Source: Sulfuritalea sp. (GTDB taxonomy: Bacteria; Pseudomonadota; Gammaproteobacteria; Burkholderiales; Rhodocyclaceae). From it: a stretch of DNA of 64,000 nt. The notes under the pieces were generated by a model that was given only the letters and a program-made list of their open reading frames with translations, searched no databases and was not told where the DNA came from. A program made the translations under genes and the position numbers. Location: contig JALNYT010000008.1 of NCBI GenBank assembly GCA_023229685.1, forward strand, positions 51,817-115,816, written 5' to 3'. Below, one piece after another: positions 9,716 to 19,652 of the stretch (its first letter is position 1; each line of letters opens with the position of its first letter).

Positions 9716-9818
9716 ATGAAATTTGCACTCGTTTTTAGTTCCAGCATAACGCCCGCTTCCGCGGGCATTAGCTTTCACTGAAGACTCGTGGAAGGAATCA
9801 AATGAAATTTGCACTCGT
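9716..9818 (+). repeat. 17-bp direct repeat (ATGAAATTTGCACTCGT) flanking a 69-bp insert at the fabD start
   Basis: Identical 17-mers lie at 9716-9732 and 9802-9818. The insert contains the hairpin GCCCGC-TTCC-GCGGGC. Confidence 0.7.
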
Positions 9819-10767
9819 CTTTCCCGGTCAGGGTTCCCAGTCGCTCGGCATGATGGCCGCTTACGGCGATGCGGCAGTGATCCGCGCCACCTTCGACGAG
9901 GCTTCGGCGGCATTGGGACGCGACTTGTGGCAACTGGTCACGGAAGGCCCGGCAGAGGCACTGAATCAGACGGTCAATACGCAGCCCCTGATGCTCACCG
10001 CCGGCATTGCCGCCTATCGCCTGTGGCTTGAAAAGGGCGGTCCGCAACCGGCTTTGGTGGCCGGGCACAGCCTTGGCGAGTATTCGGCGCTGGTGGCGGC
10101 CGGAGTGCTGCAATTGAAGGACGCGGTACCGCTGGTGGAACTGCGCGCCCAGGCGATGCAGGCCGCCGTGCCGGCCGGTGAAGGCGCCATGGCGGCGGTC
10201 ATGGGCCTTGATGCCGCGGCCGTGATTGAAGCCTGCGCCGAGGCGGCGCAAGGGCAGGTGGTGCAAGCCGTGAATTTCAACGAGCCGAAGCAGACCGTGA
10301 TTGCCGGCCACAAGGCGGCGGTCGAGCGTGCGGCTGAACTGGTCAAGGCGAAAGGGGCCAAGCGCGCGCTGATGCTGCCGGTATCGGCGCCTTTCCATTG
10401 CTCGCTGATGTTGCCGGCGGCGGAAAAACTGAAGCTGCGTCTGGCGCAACTGAGTTTTGCCACGCCGCAGATTCCCGTGCTCAACAACGTCGATGTGGCG
10501 CAGCTTGCGGATCCGGTCGCGATCAGGGATGCGCTGGTGCGTCAGGCGGCCTCGCCGGTGCGTTGGGTCGAGACCATGCAGGCGATGCAGGCGGCAGGGG
10601 TGACCCATGTCTTCGAGTGTGGTCCGGGCAAGGTGTTATCGGGACTGGTCAAGCGCTGCGTCGACAGCCTCAACGGCGGCGCCATGAATGACCTGGCTGC
10701 GATGGATGCAGTTCTGACAGTCGTATCCCACCAGGGGATACCGTCCCCGGCACGGCCGGGAACATAA
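9802..10767 (+). CDS. fabD: Malonyl-CoA-ACP transacylase FabD
   Basis: FPGQGSQSLGM...GHSLGEYSAL motifs. Confidence 0.9.
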   Translation: MKFALVFPGQGSQSLGMMAAYGDAAVIRATFDEASAALGRDLWQLVTEGPAEALNQTVNTQPLMLTAGIAAYRLWLEKGGPQPALVAGHSLGEYSALVAAGVLQLKDAVPLVELRAQAMQAAVPAGEGAMAAVMGLDAAAVIEACAEAAQGQVVQAVNFNEPKQTVIAGHKAAVERAAELVKAKGAKRALMLPVSAPFHCSLMLPAAEKLKLRLAQLSFATPQIPVLNNVDVAQLADPVAIRDALVRQAASPVRWVETMQAMQAAGVTHVFECGPGKVLSGLVKRCVDSLNGGAMNDLAAMDAVLTVVSHQGIPSPARPGT

Positions 10768-10779
10768 AAGGAAACTGAT

Positions 10780-11526
10780 ATGGCGGACTTGAAGGGACAG
10801 ATAGCGCTGGTGACGGGCGCATCACGCGGCCTGGGCCGCGCCATCGCACTCGAGCTGGGCGCCCAGGGTGCAACGGTGATCGGCACTGCGACCTCGGAAG
10901 CGGGGGCGGCCGAGATCCAGAAGACGCTGGACACGGCCGGCATCACCGGCTGGGGAGCGATGGTCAATGTCACCGAGGCGGCAGCCTGCGAAGCGCTGAT
11001 CGGCGAGATCGACAAGAAGTTCGGGGCGGTTTCCGTGCTGGTCAATAACGCCGGCATTACCCGCGACAACCTTGCGATGCGCATGAAGGACGACGAATGG
11101 GATCTGGTCATCGAGACCAATCTCAAGGCCGTGTTCCGCCTGTCCAAGCTGGTCATGCGCGGCATGATGAAGGCGCGCTTCGGACGCATCATCAATATCA
11201 CCTCGGTGGTCGGCGAGGCGGGCAACCCGGGCCAGGCCAACTACGCCGCCGCCAAGGCCGGGGTGGCCGGCATGAGCCGTGCCCTGGCACAGGAACTCGG
11301 CAGCCGCAACATTACGGTGAATTGCGTGGCGCCCGGTTTCATCGATACCGACATGACCAGGGCACTGCCGGATGCGCAACGCGACGCGTTGCTGGGGAGG
11401 ATTCCGTTGGGTCGCCTCGGACAGCCGGACGAGATCGCGGCGACCGTGGCATTTCTTGCATCGAAGCGCGCCGGATACATCACCGGCAGCACGCTGAATG
11501 TCAATGGCGGCATGTATATGAATTGA
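10780..11526 (+). CDS. fabG: 3-oxoacyl-ACP reductase FabG
   Basis: SDR motifs: TGASRGLG, NNAG, YAAAKAG. Confidence 0.9.
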   Translation: MADLKGQIALVTGASRGLGRAIALELGAQGATVIGTATSEAGAAEIQKTLDTAGITGWGAMVNVTEAAACEALIGEIDKKFGAVSVLVNNAGITRDNLAMRMKDDEWDLVIETNLKAVFRLSKLVMRGMMKARFGRIINITSVVGEAGNPGQANYAAAKAGVAGMSRALAQELGSRNITVNCVAPGFIDTDMTRALPDAQRDALLGRIPLGRLGQPDEIAATVAFLASKRAGYITGSTLNVNGGMYMN

Positions 11527-11615
11527 CCGGATATCAAACCCGCGAGGGTGTCCGGCGTTTTTGTTAAAATAGGCAGGTTTTTACCACCCGAACAATTCAG
11601 GGAAGGAGTTTCAAG

Positions 11616-11855
11616 ATGGAGAACATCGAACAACGCGTCAAGAAGATCGTCGCCGAGCAGTTGGGCGTCAATGAAGCCGACATCAAGAACGAATCCAACT
11701 TCGTGGACGATCTCGGTGCCGACTCGCTCGACACCGTGGAACTGGTGATGGCGCTGGAAGAGGAGTTCGAGTGCGAGATTCCTGACGAAGACGCGGAGAA
11801 GATCACCACCGTGCAGCAGGCGATTGACTACGTCAACGCCAACATCAAGAAGTAG
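11616..11855 (+). CDS. acpP: Acyl carrier protein
   Basis: [20 protein letters not shown] phosphopantetheine attachment motif. Confidence 0.95.
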   Translation: MENIEQRVKKIVAEQLGVNEADIKNESNFVDDLGADSLDTVELVMALEEEFECEIPDEDAEKITTVQQAIDYVNANIKK

Positions 11856-11888
11856 TTCTCCTCCTCAATTCGATTTCCGGAGTTCATT

Positions 11889-13124
11889 GTGTCGCGACGC
11901 CGAGTGGTCGTTACCGGTCTGGGGCTTGTCTCCCCGGTTGGCAATAATGTCCCCGAAGCCTGGGGCAACCTGCTTGCCGGCAAGAGCGGTATCGGACCGA
12001 TTACCCGCTTCGATGCATCGGCTTTGTCGGTGCGCATCGCGGGGGAGGTGAAGGGCTTCGATGTCGCTGCCTACCTGTCGGCGAAGGAAGCGCGCCGGAT
12101 GGATACCTTCGTTCATTTCGGCATGGCGGCCGGGATCCAGGCCTTCCGCGATTCGGGGCTCCAGGTAAGCGCCGAAAACGCCGAGCGCATGGGGGTCAAC
12201 ATCGGATCGGGGATCGGCGGCCTGCCGATGATCGAGGATACGCACAACGACTATCTGGCCGGCGGTCCGCGCAAGATATCGCCTTTCTTCATTCCCGGCA
12301 CCATCATCAACATGATCTCGGGCAACCTGTCGATCATGCTGGGCTTGAAGGGACCGAACATTGCGGTGGTGACGGCCTGCACCACGGGCCTGCATGCAAT
12401 CGGAATCAGTGCGCGCATGATCGAGTACGGCGATGCCGACGTGATGGTGTGCGGCGGCGCTGAAGCCACCACCACGCCGCTGGCGGTCGGCGGCTTCGCT
12501 TCGGCCAGGGCCTTGTCTACCCGTAACGACGATCCCGCAACATCGAGCCGCCCCTGGGACCGGGATCGCGACGGCTTCGTCCTAGGTGAAGGTTCCGGCG
12601 TCATGGTGCTCGAGGAATACGAGCACGCCAAGGCGCGCGGGGCAAGGATCTACGCCGAACTTGCCGGTTTCGGCATGAGCGGCGACGCCTACCACATGAC
12701 CGCACCGGATACCGACGGTCCGCGACGCAGCATGGTCAACGCACTGAAGAATGCCGGTGTGAATCCGGACCAGGTGCAGTATGTCAATGCTCACGGCACC
12801 TCGACGCCGCTGGGTGACAAGAACGAGACCGAGGCCATCAAGCTGGCTTTCGGTGCTGACGTGGCGAAGACATTGGTGGTGAATTCGACCAAGTCGATGA
12901 CGGGTCATTTACTGGGCGGTGCGGGCGGTCTCGAGTCCGTGATCACGGTGCTCGCCGTGCATCATCAGGTATCGCCGCCGACCATCAACATCTTCAATCA
13001 GGATCCGGAGTGCGATCTGGATTACTGCGCCAATACGGCGCGGCCGATGAAGATCGATGTCGCTCTGAAGAACAACTTTGGCTTTGGCGGTACCAACGGC
13101 TCACTGGTTTTCCGTCGCATCTAG
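11889..13124 (+). CDS. fabF: 3-oxoacyl-ACP synthase II FabF
   Basis: VVTGLG...ACTTG...NAHGTSTPLGD...GHLLGGAG motifs. GTG start. Confidence 0.9.
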   Translation: MSRRRVVVTGLGLVSPVGNNVPEAWGNLLAGKSGIGPITRFDASALSVRIAGEVKGFDVAAYLSAKEARRMDTFVHFGMAAGIQAFRDSGLQVSAENAERMGVNIGSGIGGLPMIEDTHNDYLAGGPRKISPFFIPGTIINMISGNLSIMLGLKGPNIAVVTACTTGLHAIGISARMIEYGDADVMVCGGAEATTTPLAVGGFASARALSTRNDDPATSSRPWDRDRDGFVLGEGSGVMVLEEYEHAKARGARIYAELAGFGMSGDAYHMTAPDTDGPRRSMVNALKNAGVNPDQVQYVNAHGTSTPLGDKNETEAIKLAFGADVAKTLVVNSTKSMTGHLLGGAGGLESVITVLAVHHQVSPPTINIFNQDPECDLDYCANTARPMKIDVALKNNFGFGGTNGSLVFRRI

Positions 13125-13130
13125 GCAATC

Positions 13131-13559
13131 GTGGCGATCAAGCCGGTCGCCCCGCTCTCGATTGTCGTCAAGTCCTCGCGTCTATTGCTGCTGATCCAGT
13201 CGGCCGCTCATGCTGTGGCCGTTGGCGCGGTGTTGGCGAGCACCCTTCCGTCACGGCTGGCGACAATTCTCCTGATCCTGATCGGGGCTTCGCTGGCGCG
13301 CCAGCGCCGTACGCCGGCGGTCGCAGGTCTGCTGCTGAGCGGCGACGGCCGGCTGCAAACAGTCGGCGCTGACGGCACGGCGAACGAAGCGCTGGTGCAT
13401 CCGCATACTCTGGTTCTGTCGTTTCTGGCTGTGCTGCTGTATCGGCAGGAGGGCCGTTTGCGAGCGCTGACCCTGCTTGCCGACAGCTTTTCAGCGGAAG
13501 ATTTCCGCCAGTTGCGGCTCTGGCTGCGCTGGCGGTCGGCTGCGGCAGGCCCGGCCTGA
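13131..13559 (+). CDS. YgfX/CptA-like (DUF1434) small inner-membrane protein
   Basis: Two predicted TM helices, then GDGRL...LTLLADSFSAEDFRQLRLWLRW. This matches my recollection of E. coli YgfX (LWLAADSMDEAEWRDLRR). Confidence 0.5.
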   Translation: MAIKPVAPLSIVVKSSRLLLLIQSAAHAVAVGAVLASTLPSRLATILLILIGASLARQRRTPAVAGLLLSGDGRLQTVGADGTANEALVHPHTLVLSFLAVLLYRQEGRLRALTLLADSFSAEDFRQLRLWLRWRSAAAGPA

Positions 13560-13571
13560 TATCCCGCCGGA

Positions 13572-15164
13572 TCAGACCTGGCGCGGGTGCAGTACGGTCT
13601 CCAATGCGCGCGGCAGAGTTTCCGGATAGTCGCGGCTGAAGTGGAGGCCGCGACTTTCGTGGCGGCGCAGCGCGCTTCTCACGATCAGATGGGCGGTCAG
13701 TACCAGGTTGCGCAGTTCGATGAGGTCATTGCCGACCCGGTAGTTGGCGTAGTACTCGTCGATTTCCCTTTCCAGCAGGCGGATGCGATGCAGGGCGCGT
13801 TCCAGTCGCTTGTTGGTGCGCACGATGCCGACATAGTCCCACATGAAGCGGCGCAGTTCCGCCCAGTTGTGTGAAATGACGATCCCCTCGTCGGCGTCGC
13901 GCACCCGGCTTTCATCCCATTGCGGCAGGTGGGGCAGGGGCTCCACCGGAGCGGCGAGAATGTTCTGCGCCGCCGAGGCTGAAAACACCACGCATTCGAG
14001 GAGCGAATTCGAGGCCAGGCGATTGGCGCCGTGCAGGCCGGTGAAGGTGGTTTCACCGATCGCATAGAGTCCGGTCAAATCGGTACGCGCCGCCAGATCG
14101 GTGACCACCCCGCCGCAACTGTAGTGCGCCGCCGGCACCACCGGAATCGGTTCCCGGGTGATGTCGATGCCCAATTCCAGGCAACGGGCCAGGATGGTCG
14201 GAAAGTGTTCCTTGAGGAAGTCCGGCGACTTGTGCGTCATGTCGAGGAACACGCAGTCGATGCCGTGCCGCTTCATTTCGAAGTCGATGGCGCGGGCGAC
14301 GATGTCACGTGGTGCGAGTTCGGCACGGCTGTCGTGGCCGGGCATAAAACGTGTGCCGTCGGGCAGGCGCAACAGGCCGCCCTCGCCGCGCAGGGCTTCC
14401 GAAATCAGGAAGGACTTGGCGTGCGGGTGATACAGGCAGGTCGGATGGAACTGGATGAACTCCATGTTCGCCACCCGGCATCCGGCGCGCCAGGCCATCG
14501 CCACGCCGTCGCCGGTCGCGGTGTCGGGATTGGTGGTGTAGAGATAGACCTTGCCGGCGCCGCCCGTGGCCAAGGCCGTATGGCTGGCGCCAAGGGTCAG
14601 CACGCGATCGCGGTCGATGTCGAGCACATAGGCGCCGAGGCAGCGATTGCGCGGCAGGCCGAGCTTGGCTGCCGTGATCAGGTCGACCGCAATGTGACGT
14701 TCCAGAATCGTGATGTTGGGATGGTTTCTGACCTGTTCGGTCAGCGTCTGCTGCACGGCAGTACCCGTTGCATCGGCGGCATGGATGATACGTCGCTGGC
14801 CGTGGCCGCCTTCGCGCGTCAGATGAAAGCCCAGGGGCGTGTTGTCCGCGGTGAACGGAACGCCGCGCGCGATCAGCCACTCGATGGCCTCGCGGCCATG
14901 CTCGACGACGAAGCGGGTAGCGTCAGGGTCGCACAGACCGGCACCGGCGGTTAAGGTATCGCTGACGTGGGCCTCGACGCTGTCGGCGGGGTCGAGTACC
15001 GCGGCGATGCCGCCCTGCGCCCACGCCGAGGCGGAATCCGCCAGCATCTTTTTGGTGACCAGGGCCACCCGGCGGCTGTCCGCGAGCCTCAATGCCAGCG
15101 ACTGACCCGCCAGGCCGCTGCCGATGATGAGAACGTCGAAATGCTGAATAGCGGCCGGATTCAT
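13572..15164 (-). CDS. nadB: L-aspartate oxidase NadB
   Basis: [15 protein letters not shown] fold, [10 protein letters not shown], and [13 protein letters not shown]. It is divergent from rpoE, as in E. coli. Confidence 0.9.
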   Translation of the reverse strand: MNPAAIQHFDVLIIGSGLAGQSLALRLADSRRVALVTKKMLADSASAWAQGGIAAVLDPADSVEAHVSDTLTAGAGLCDPDATRFVVEHGREAIEWLIARGVPFTADNTPLGFHLTREGGHGQRRIIHAADATGTAVQQTLTEQVRNHPNITILERHIAVDLITAAKLGLPRNRCLGAYVLDIDRDRVLTLGASHTALATGGAGKVYLYTTNPDTATGDGVAMAWRAGCRVANMEFIQFHPTCLYHPHAKSFLISEALRGEGGLLRLPDGTRFMPGHDSRAELAPRDIVARAIDFEMKRHGIDCVFLDMTHKSPDFLKEHFPTILARCLELGIDITREPIPVVPAAHYSCGGVVTDLAARTDLTGLYAIGETTFTGLHGANRLASNSLLECVVFSASAAQNILAAPVEPLPHLPQWDESRVRDADEGIVISHNWAELRRFMWDYVGIVRTNKRLERALHRIRLLEREIDEYYANYRVGNDLIELRNLVLTAHLIVRSALRRHESRGLHFSRDYPETLPRALETVLHPRQV

Positions 15165-15194
15165 GGAGCCGAACTATATCACTGCCCGGAGTGT

Positions 15195-15222
15195 GGAACT
15201 ATTTTGATGGACCTGGGTCAGT
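15195..15222 (+). promoter_or_regulatory. Candidate sigma-E (AlgU/RpoE)-type autoregulated promoter
   Basis: GGAACTA-N16-TCAGT lies about 150 nt upstream of the rpoE start and resembles GGAACTT-N16-TCAAA/TCTGA. Pattern match only. Confidence 0.35.
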
Positions 15223-15369
15223 TGTCGGCAACGGCTGAGTGTTATTTGCTGCTGAGTGTGATCTCGGTCGGAGCAGTGAGGAATGTGGGCGGAGTGGCTT
15301 GTTATACTCGCTTGCGGTCAAATTTTTGCCGCGCATTTTTTCGTCTGGCGGGAACAAACAGCAAAGCCC

Positions 15370-15969
15370 ATGGGAGATCGCGAAGCAGACCGGGTACTGG
15401 TCGAGCGGGTGCAGGCGGGTGACAAGCAGGCTTTCGGCCTTCTGGTTGCCAAGTATCAGCGCAAGCTCGCGCGTCTGATTTCGCGCATGGTGCGTGATTC
15501 GGCCGAGGTGGAGGATATTGTTCAGGACAGTTTCATTCGGGCCTATCGTGCGTTGCCGGGTTTTCGCAACGACAGCGCCTTTTATACCTGGCTGTACCGG
15601 ATTGGCGTCAATACCGCGAAGAACTGGCTGGTCACCCATGGCCGGCGCGCTTCGGCCACTACCGGAGTGGATAGCGAGGAGGCGGAGGGCTATGACGAGG
15701 CCGAGTTGCTGCGCGACAACGATACCCCCGAGCGGCTGTTGATGACGAAGCAGATCGGCCAGGTGGTGAACGCGGCGATGGACGCGCTGCCCGAGGAATT
15801 GCGCACGGCAATCACCCTGCGCGAAATAGAAGGTTTGTCGTATGAGGAAATTGCGCAAGTGATGGATTGTCCGATTGGAACGGTGCGTTCGCGGATTTTC
15901 CGTGCGCGCGACGCGATTTCGGTGAAATTGAGGCCGCTGCTCGATGCGGCCCCGGATAAGAGATGGTGA
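15370..15969 (+). CDS. rpoE: RNA polymerase ECF sigma factor RpoE/AlgU
   Basis: DRVLVERVQAGDKQAFGLLVAKYQRKL...FYTWLYRI...REIEGLSYEEIAQVMDCPIGTVRSRIFRAR. Confidence 0.9.
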   Translation: MGDREADRVLVERVQAGDKQAFGLLVAKYQRKLARLISRMVRDSAEVEDIVQDSFIRAYRALPGFRNDSAFYTWLYRIGVNTAKNWLVTHGRRASATTGVDSEEAEGYDEAELLRDNDTPERLLMTKQIGQVVNAAMDALPEELRTAITLREIEGLSYEEIAQVMDCPIGTVRSRIFRARDAISVKLRPLLDAAPDKRW

Positions 15970-15973
15970 CGAC

Positions 15974-16480
15974 ATGAAGACACGGATTTCGGCACTGATG
16001 GATGGCGAACTCGAAGATCACGAGACTGCAGAGACAATGCGTGCGCTACGCCGCAGCCCGGAGTTGCGCAGCGAATGGTGTGATTGCCAGTTGATTGGCG
16101 CTACGTTGCGCGGCGAACGAGAACTCGACATCGATGTCGCCGCACGAGTGATGTCGGCGCTTGATCTGGAGCCCACGGTAATGGCTCCGGCGCCGCGGCG
16201 CATGCGCGAGTGGCAGCGACCGGCACTGGCCCTTGCGGCATCGGCCGCCGGCGTCGCCCTGGTGGCTTGGCTGGCACTGGCGTCCGGTACAGATGGCGGA
16301 ATGCCTGCAGGAACGGCGGGATTGGCCAGCGCCAAGCCGGCAGCGGTGTTGGCGCAAGCGCAATCGACACCGCGCCTGCAGGAGTACCTGGTCGCGCATC
16401 AGGCGTACGCGCCGGGCGGCGCCATGGTGGGTGGTGCGCGCAATATCCGTACCGTTGCCGCGTCGGGCGAGGGCCGTTGA
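15974..16480 (+). CDS. rseA: Anti-sigma-E factor RseA/MucA-like
   Basis: RseA_N motif ISALMDGEL...W..YQLIG-like (SEWCDCQLIGATLRGE). Position directly after rpoE. Confidence 0.7.
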   Translation: MKTRISALMDGELEDHETAETMRALRRSPELRSEWCDCQLIGATLRGERELDIDVAARVMSALDLEPTVMAPAPRRMREWQRPALALAASAAGVALVAWLALASGTDGGMPAGTAGLASAKPAAVLAQAQSTPRLQEYLVAHQAYAPGGAMVGGARNIRTVAASGEGR

Positions 16481-17439
16481 TGGCGGTGGTCCGCATTCCT
16501 CGGCTGGTGCTGCTTGCGGTCCTGCTGGCGCCCACTTTGGCAGTGGCCGAGGATGGATTGGCCTTGTTGCAGCGCATCGCACAAGGCTCGCGGCAACTGA
16601 CCTACAGCGGCACCTTCGTTTATCGCAGCGGCGGCAAGGTAGACACCTCACGCATTGCCCATTCACTGAGCGACGGCCTCGAAGTGGAGCGAATCGAGGC
16701 ACTCGACGGCAGTCCGCGCGAGGTGCTGCGCGCCGGTAGCGAAGTGAAATGTTTTTTTCCGGAAGAACAGCTCCTGATCATCGAGAACCGTTCAAGCCAG
16801 CGCGGATTTCCCGCCTTGCTGCCGGCCGGTCTGGGCAGCTTGCCGGAGTACTATGCAATCCGCAGCGGTGGGCAGGGTCGGGTCGCAGGCGTGAACAGCC
16901 GGGCTGTGCTGCTGGAGCCGCGGGACGATTTGCGCTATGGCCATGAGTTCTGGATGGACGATGCCAGCGGTCTGCTGCTGAAGGCAAACCTGATCGGCGA
17001 GCGTGGCGAGACACTCGAGTCCTTTACCTTCACCCAGGTCAAGATCGGCGGCCCGCTAGAACGCGAGGCGCTGAAACCCCATTTCGACAGCAAACGCGTG
17101 CGCGTGCAGCAGGTCAGGGCGATCGAGATGAAGAACGACGACATGGGTTGGAATTTCCGCACCCTGCTGCCGGGCTTTCGCAAGGTGGCGGCCATGAAGC
17201 GACAGACCGGCCCCGGAAACTCGGAGAGCCTGCACGTGGTGTTTTCCGACGGCCTGGCATCGATCTCGGTGTTCATTGAGCCCGGCGGGGCGGGCGCAGA
17301 AGCGGATGTGGCGTCCACGGTCGGCCCGCTCAACGTATATCGCCGTCAAATGGGCGAGTATCGACTGGTGGTCATGGGCGAGGTGCCGGCGCTTGCCGTC
17401 AAGCGTCTCGGCGATGGCGTCGAACGGAAGCGCAAATGA
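16480..17439 (+). CDS. rseB: Sigma-E regulatory protein RseB/MucB
   Basis: Signal peptide, then LLQRIAQGSRQLTYSGTFVY...SVFIEP. TGATG overlap with rseA. The N-terminal extension in the track ORF overlaps rseA and was rejected. Confidence 0.8.
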   Translation: MAVVRIPRLVLLAVLLAPTLAVAEDGLALLQRIAQGSRQLTYSGTFVYRSGGKVDTSRIAHSLSDGLEVERIEALDGSPREVLRAGSEVKCFFPEEQLLIIENRSSQRGFPALLPAGLGSLPEYYAIRSGGQGRVAGVNSRAVLLEPRDDLRYGHEFWMDDASGLLLKANLIGERGETLESFTFTQVKIGGPLEREALKPHFDSKRVRVQQVRAIEMKNDDMGWNFRTLLPGFRKVAAMKRQTGPGNSESLHVVFSDGLASISVFIEPGGAGAEADVASTVGPLNVYRRQMGEYRLVVMGEVPALAVKRLGDGVERKRK

Positions 17440-17882
17440 GCCAGTGTGATGCCGTGGTGGTGGAGACATCGGGTGGCGTGGTCTGGGTCGAAGTGCCCGC
17501 ACGAGCCTCCGCCTGTGGCAACTGCAAGACGCCGGACGTTTGTCAGAGCGGCTTGCTCGGCCTGAGCGCGGGACCGCGCCGCTACCGGCTGGATAATCTG
17601 ATCGGGGCGAGAGTGGGTGACCGTGTCAGCCTGACCGTAGCCGATGGCACGCTCTGGCGTGCTTCGGTCGCCTCCTATGTGCTGCCTCTGTTGTTGGCCA
17701 TCGGTGGGGCAGTCATCGGACAGTCGATCGGCGGCGATGTCTGGGCCGTGATGGGAACCATGATCGGCATCGGTGCTGGTCTTGCCTTGCTGCGCCGCAA
17801 AGAGATTCGCGCAAGGCATGACGCCAGTCTGTTTTCGTTGCAAGTCCAAACCAGGGAAGTACGTTTCAAGGAAAAATCATGA
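17436..17882 (+). CDS. rseC: RseC/SoxR-reducing-system family protein
   Basis: N-terminal ACGNCKTPDVCQSG cysteine motif and two C-terminal TM helices. Confidence 0.75.
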   Translation: MSQCDAVVVETSGGVVWVEVPARASACGNCKTPDVCQSGLLGLSAGPRRYRLDNLIGARVGDRVSLTVADGTLWRASVASYVLPLLLAIGGAVIGQSIGGDVWAVMGTMIGIGAGLALLRRKEIRARHDASLFSLQVQTREVRFKEKS

Positions 17883-19309
17883 AAAAACTTGTCATCTCTC
17901 TCGTACTGGCTTTTTCCGCGCTGCTTTCGATTCCGTCACTGGCTGGCGAATTGCCTGACTTTACCGAACTGGTCGAACGGCAGGGCGCCACCGTAGTCAA
18001 TATCAGCACCACGCAAATTATCAAGGGACGCCGTGGTCACCCGTTCCCGCTCGATGGCGATGACGCGACTCAGGAACTCCTCCGGCGCTTTTTCCCGGGG
18101 CAGATTCCGAATCTCCCGGGTATGCCGCAGGAATTCAAGAACCGCTCGCTGGGTTCGGGCTTCATCATCAGTGGCGACGGCCACATCCTGACCAATGCGC
18201 ATGTGGTCGATGGTGCGGACGAGGTACTGGTCAAACTCACCGACAAGCGGGAGTTCAAGGCCAAAGTGCTGGGTGCCGACAAGCGTACCGACGTGGCGCT
18301 GATCAAGATCGAGGCCAGCAGTTTGCCGGTGGCGAAGCTCGGTGACTCGGTCAAACTCAAGGTCGGCGAATGGGTGGTGGCGATCGGCTCGCCCTTCGGT
18401 TTCGAGAATTCCGTTACGGCCGGCATCGTCAGCGCCAAGGGGCGCTCCCTGGCGCACGAGAATTACGTGCCCTTCATCCAGACCGATGCGGCGATCAATC
18501 CGGGAAATTCCGGCGGCCCGCTGTTCAACATGAAAGGCGAAGTGGTTGGCATCAATTCGCAGATCTATTCGCGTTCCGGCGGCTCCATGGGGGTGTCCTT
18601 CGCGATCCCGATCGATCTGGCAATGGAGGTCCAGAGCCAGTTGAAGGCCAAAGGCAAGGTCAGCCGCGGCCGTCTCGGCATAGCCATCCAGGAAGTCAGC
18701 AAGGACCTGGCGGACTCCTTCAATCTCGGCAAGCCGCAGGGTGCGCTGGTGGCCTCGGTCGAGAAAGGCCTGGCGGCCGACAAGGCGGGCATCGAGATCG
18801 GCGACATCATTCTCAAGTTTGACGGCAAGGCGGTGGCCGAATCGAGCGACCTGCCGCGCATTGTCGGAGCAACCAGGCCCGGCAGCAAGGTCGTGGTTCA
18901 GATCTGGCGCAAGGGCGCCAGCCGCGACGTGACTGCGATCATCGGCGAGATACCGGATGAAGACGCTGGCACGCGCACTGCCAGCCGTGGCGGCAAGCCC
19001 GCCGAACCGGCGGCCGCCAATCGGCTCGGCCTGGTGCTGGCGGTACCGACGGCGGAGCAGAAGCGGACCCTCGGCATCCAGCACGGATTGATCGTCGAGG
19101 AAGTCAGGAACGGCGGAACGCGCACCGAACTGCGATCCGGCGACATCATCCTGTCGCTGATCAACAAGGGAAGCCATACCGACATCAAGTCGGTATCGCA
19201 GTTCAATGATCTGCTGCAGGGCGTCGACAAGGGCGCCACGATCACCCTGCTGGTGCGGCGCGGCGATTCGCAGACGTTCATCACCATCAAGGGCATATCC
19301 GATAAATAG
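17879..19309 (+). CDS. degP: Periplasmic serine endoprotease DegP/MucD (Do family), two PDZ domains
   Basis: Catalytic-triad motifs TNAHVV, DVALIK and GNSGGPL, followed by two PDZ-like regions. Confidence 0.85.
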   Translation: MKKLVISLVLAFSALLSIPSLAGELPDFTELVERQGATVVNISTTQIIKGRRGHPFPLDGDDATQELLRRFFPGQIPNLPGMPQEFKNRSLGSGFIISGDGHILTNAHVVDGADEVLVKLTDKREFKAKVLGADKRTDVALIKIEASSLPVAKLGDSVKLKVGEWVVAIGSPFGFENSVTAGIVSAKGRSLAHENYVPFIQTDAAINPGNSGGPLFNMKGEVVGINSQIYSRSGGSMGVSFAIPIDLAMEVQSQLKAKGKVSRGRLGIAIQEVSKDLADSFNLGKPQGALVASVEKGLAADKAGIEIGDIILKFDGKAVAESSDLPRIVGATRPGSKVVVQIWRKGASRDVTAIIGEIPDEDAGTRTASRGGKPAEPAAANRLGLVLAVPTAEQKRTLGIQHGLIVEEVRNGGTRTELRSGDIILSLINKGSHTDIKSVSQFNDLLQGVDKGATITLLVRRGDSQTFITIKGISDK

Positions 19310-19337
19310 GCCTCCGGAGGGACGGCCGGCGCCGCAG

Positions 19338-19583
19338 TTGCGGCTGTTCAGCCGCGACTACTGCCATCTCTGCCACGACATGCTCGCTGCGCTGGAAGCC
19401 CTGCGCAACGAGCCTGGCGTGCCGCATTTCGATATTTTGGTGACGGATGTCGACGCAGATCCGGTGCTTGAGGCGAAATACAACGAATTGGTTCCGGTGC
19501 TGACTGACGGCGAGGGCGGCGAACTCTGTCACTACTTCCTCGATGTGGCGAAAGTGCGTGAGTATTTGGGTGCTTTGGGCTAA
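19338..19583 (+). CDS. Glutaredoxin-like (DUF836) small thioredoxin-fold protein
   Basis: LFSRDYCHLCHDM...YNELVPVL pattern. Start guessed at in-frame TTG 19338; the rest of the track ORF overlaps degP. Confidence 0.5.
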   Translation: MRLFSRDYCHLCHDMLAALEALRNEPGVPHFDILVTDVDADPVLEAKYNELVPVLTDGEGGELCHYFLDVAKVREYLGALG

Positions 19584-19611
19584 AATCCGCCCCTTGCTTT
19601 TTAGTCTCCAA

Positions 19612-19643
19612 GGTGCTCAACAGCTTGAATGAGCGCCTTTTTT
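19612..19643 (+). terminator. Candidate rho-independent terminator upstream of lepA
   Basis: 8-bp stem GGTGCTCA / TGAGCGCC (one G-U pair), 10-nt loop, then TTTTTT. Confidence 0.45.
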
Positions 19644-19652
19644 GTTGACCCC

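Noticed and set aside
16210-16479. N-terminal 90-codon extension of the rseB ORF
   Set aside because: It lies entirely inside rseA in another frame and is Arg/Gly-rich. The TGATG-coupled ATG at 16480 gives a proper signal peptide.
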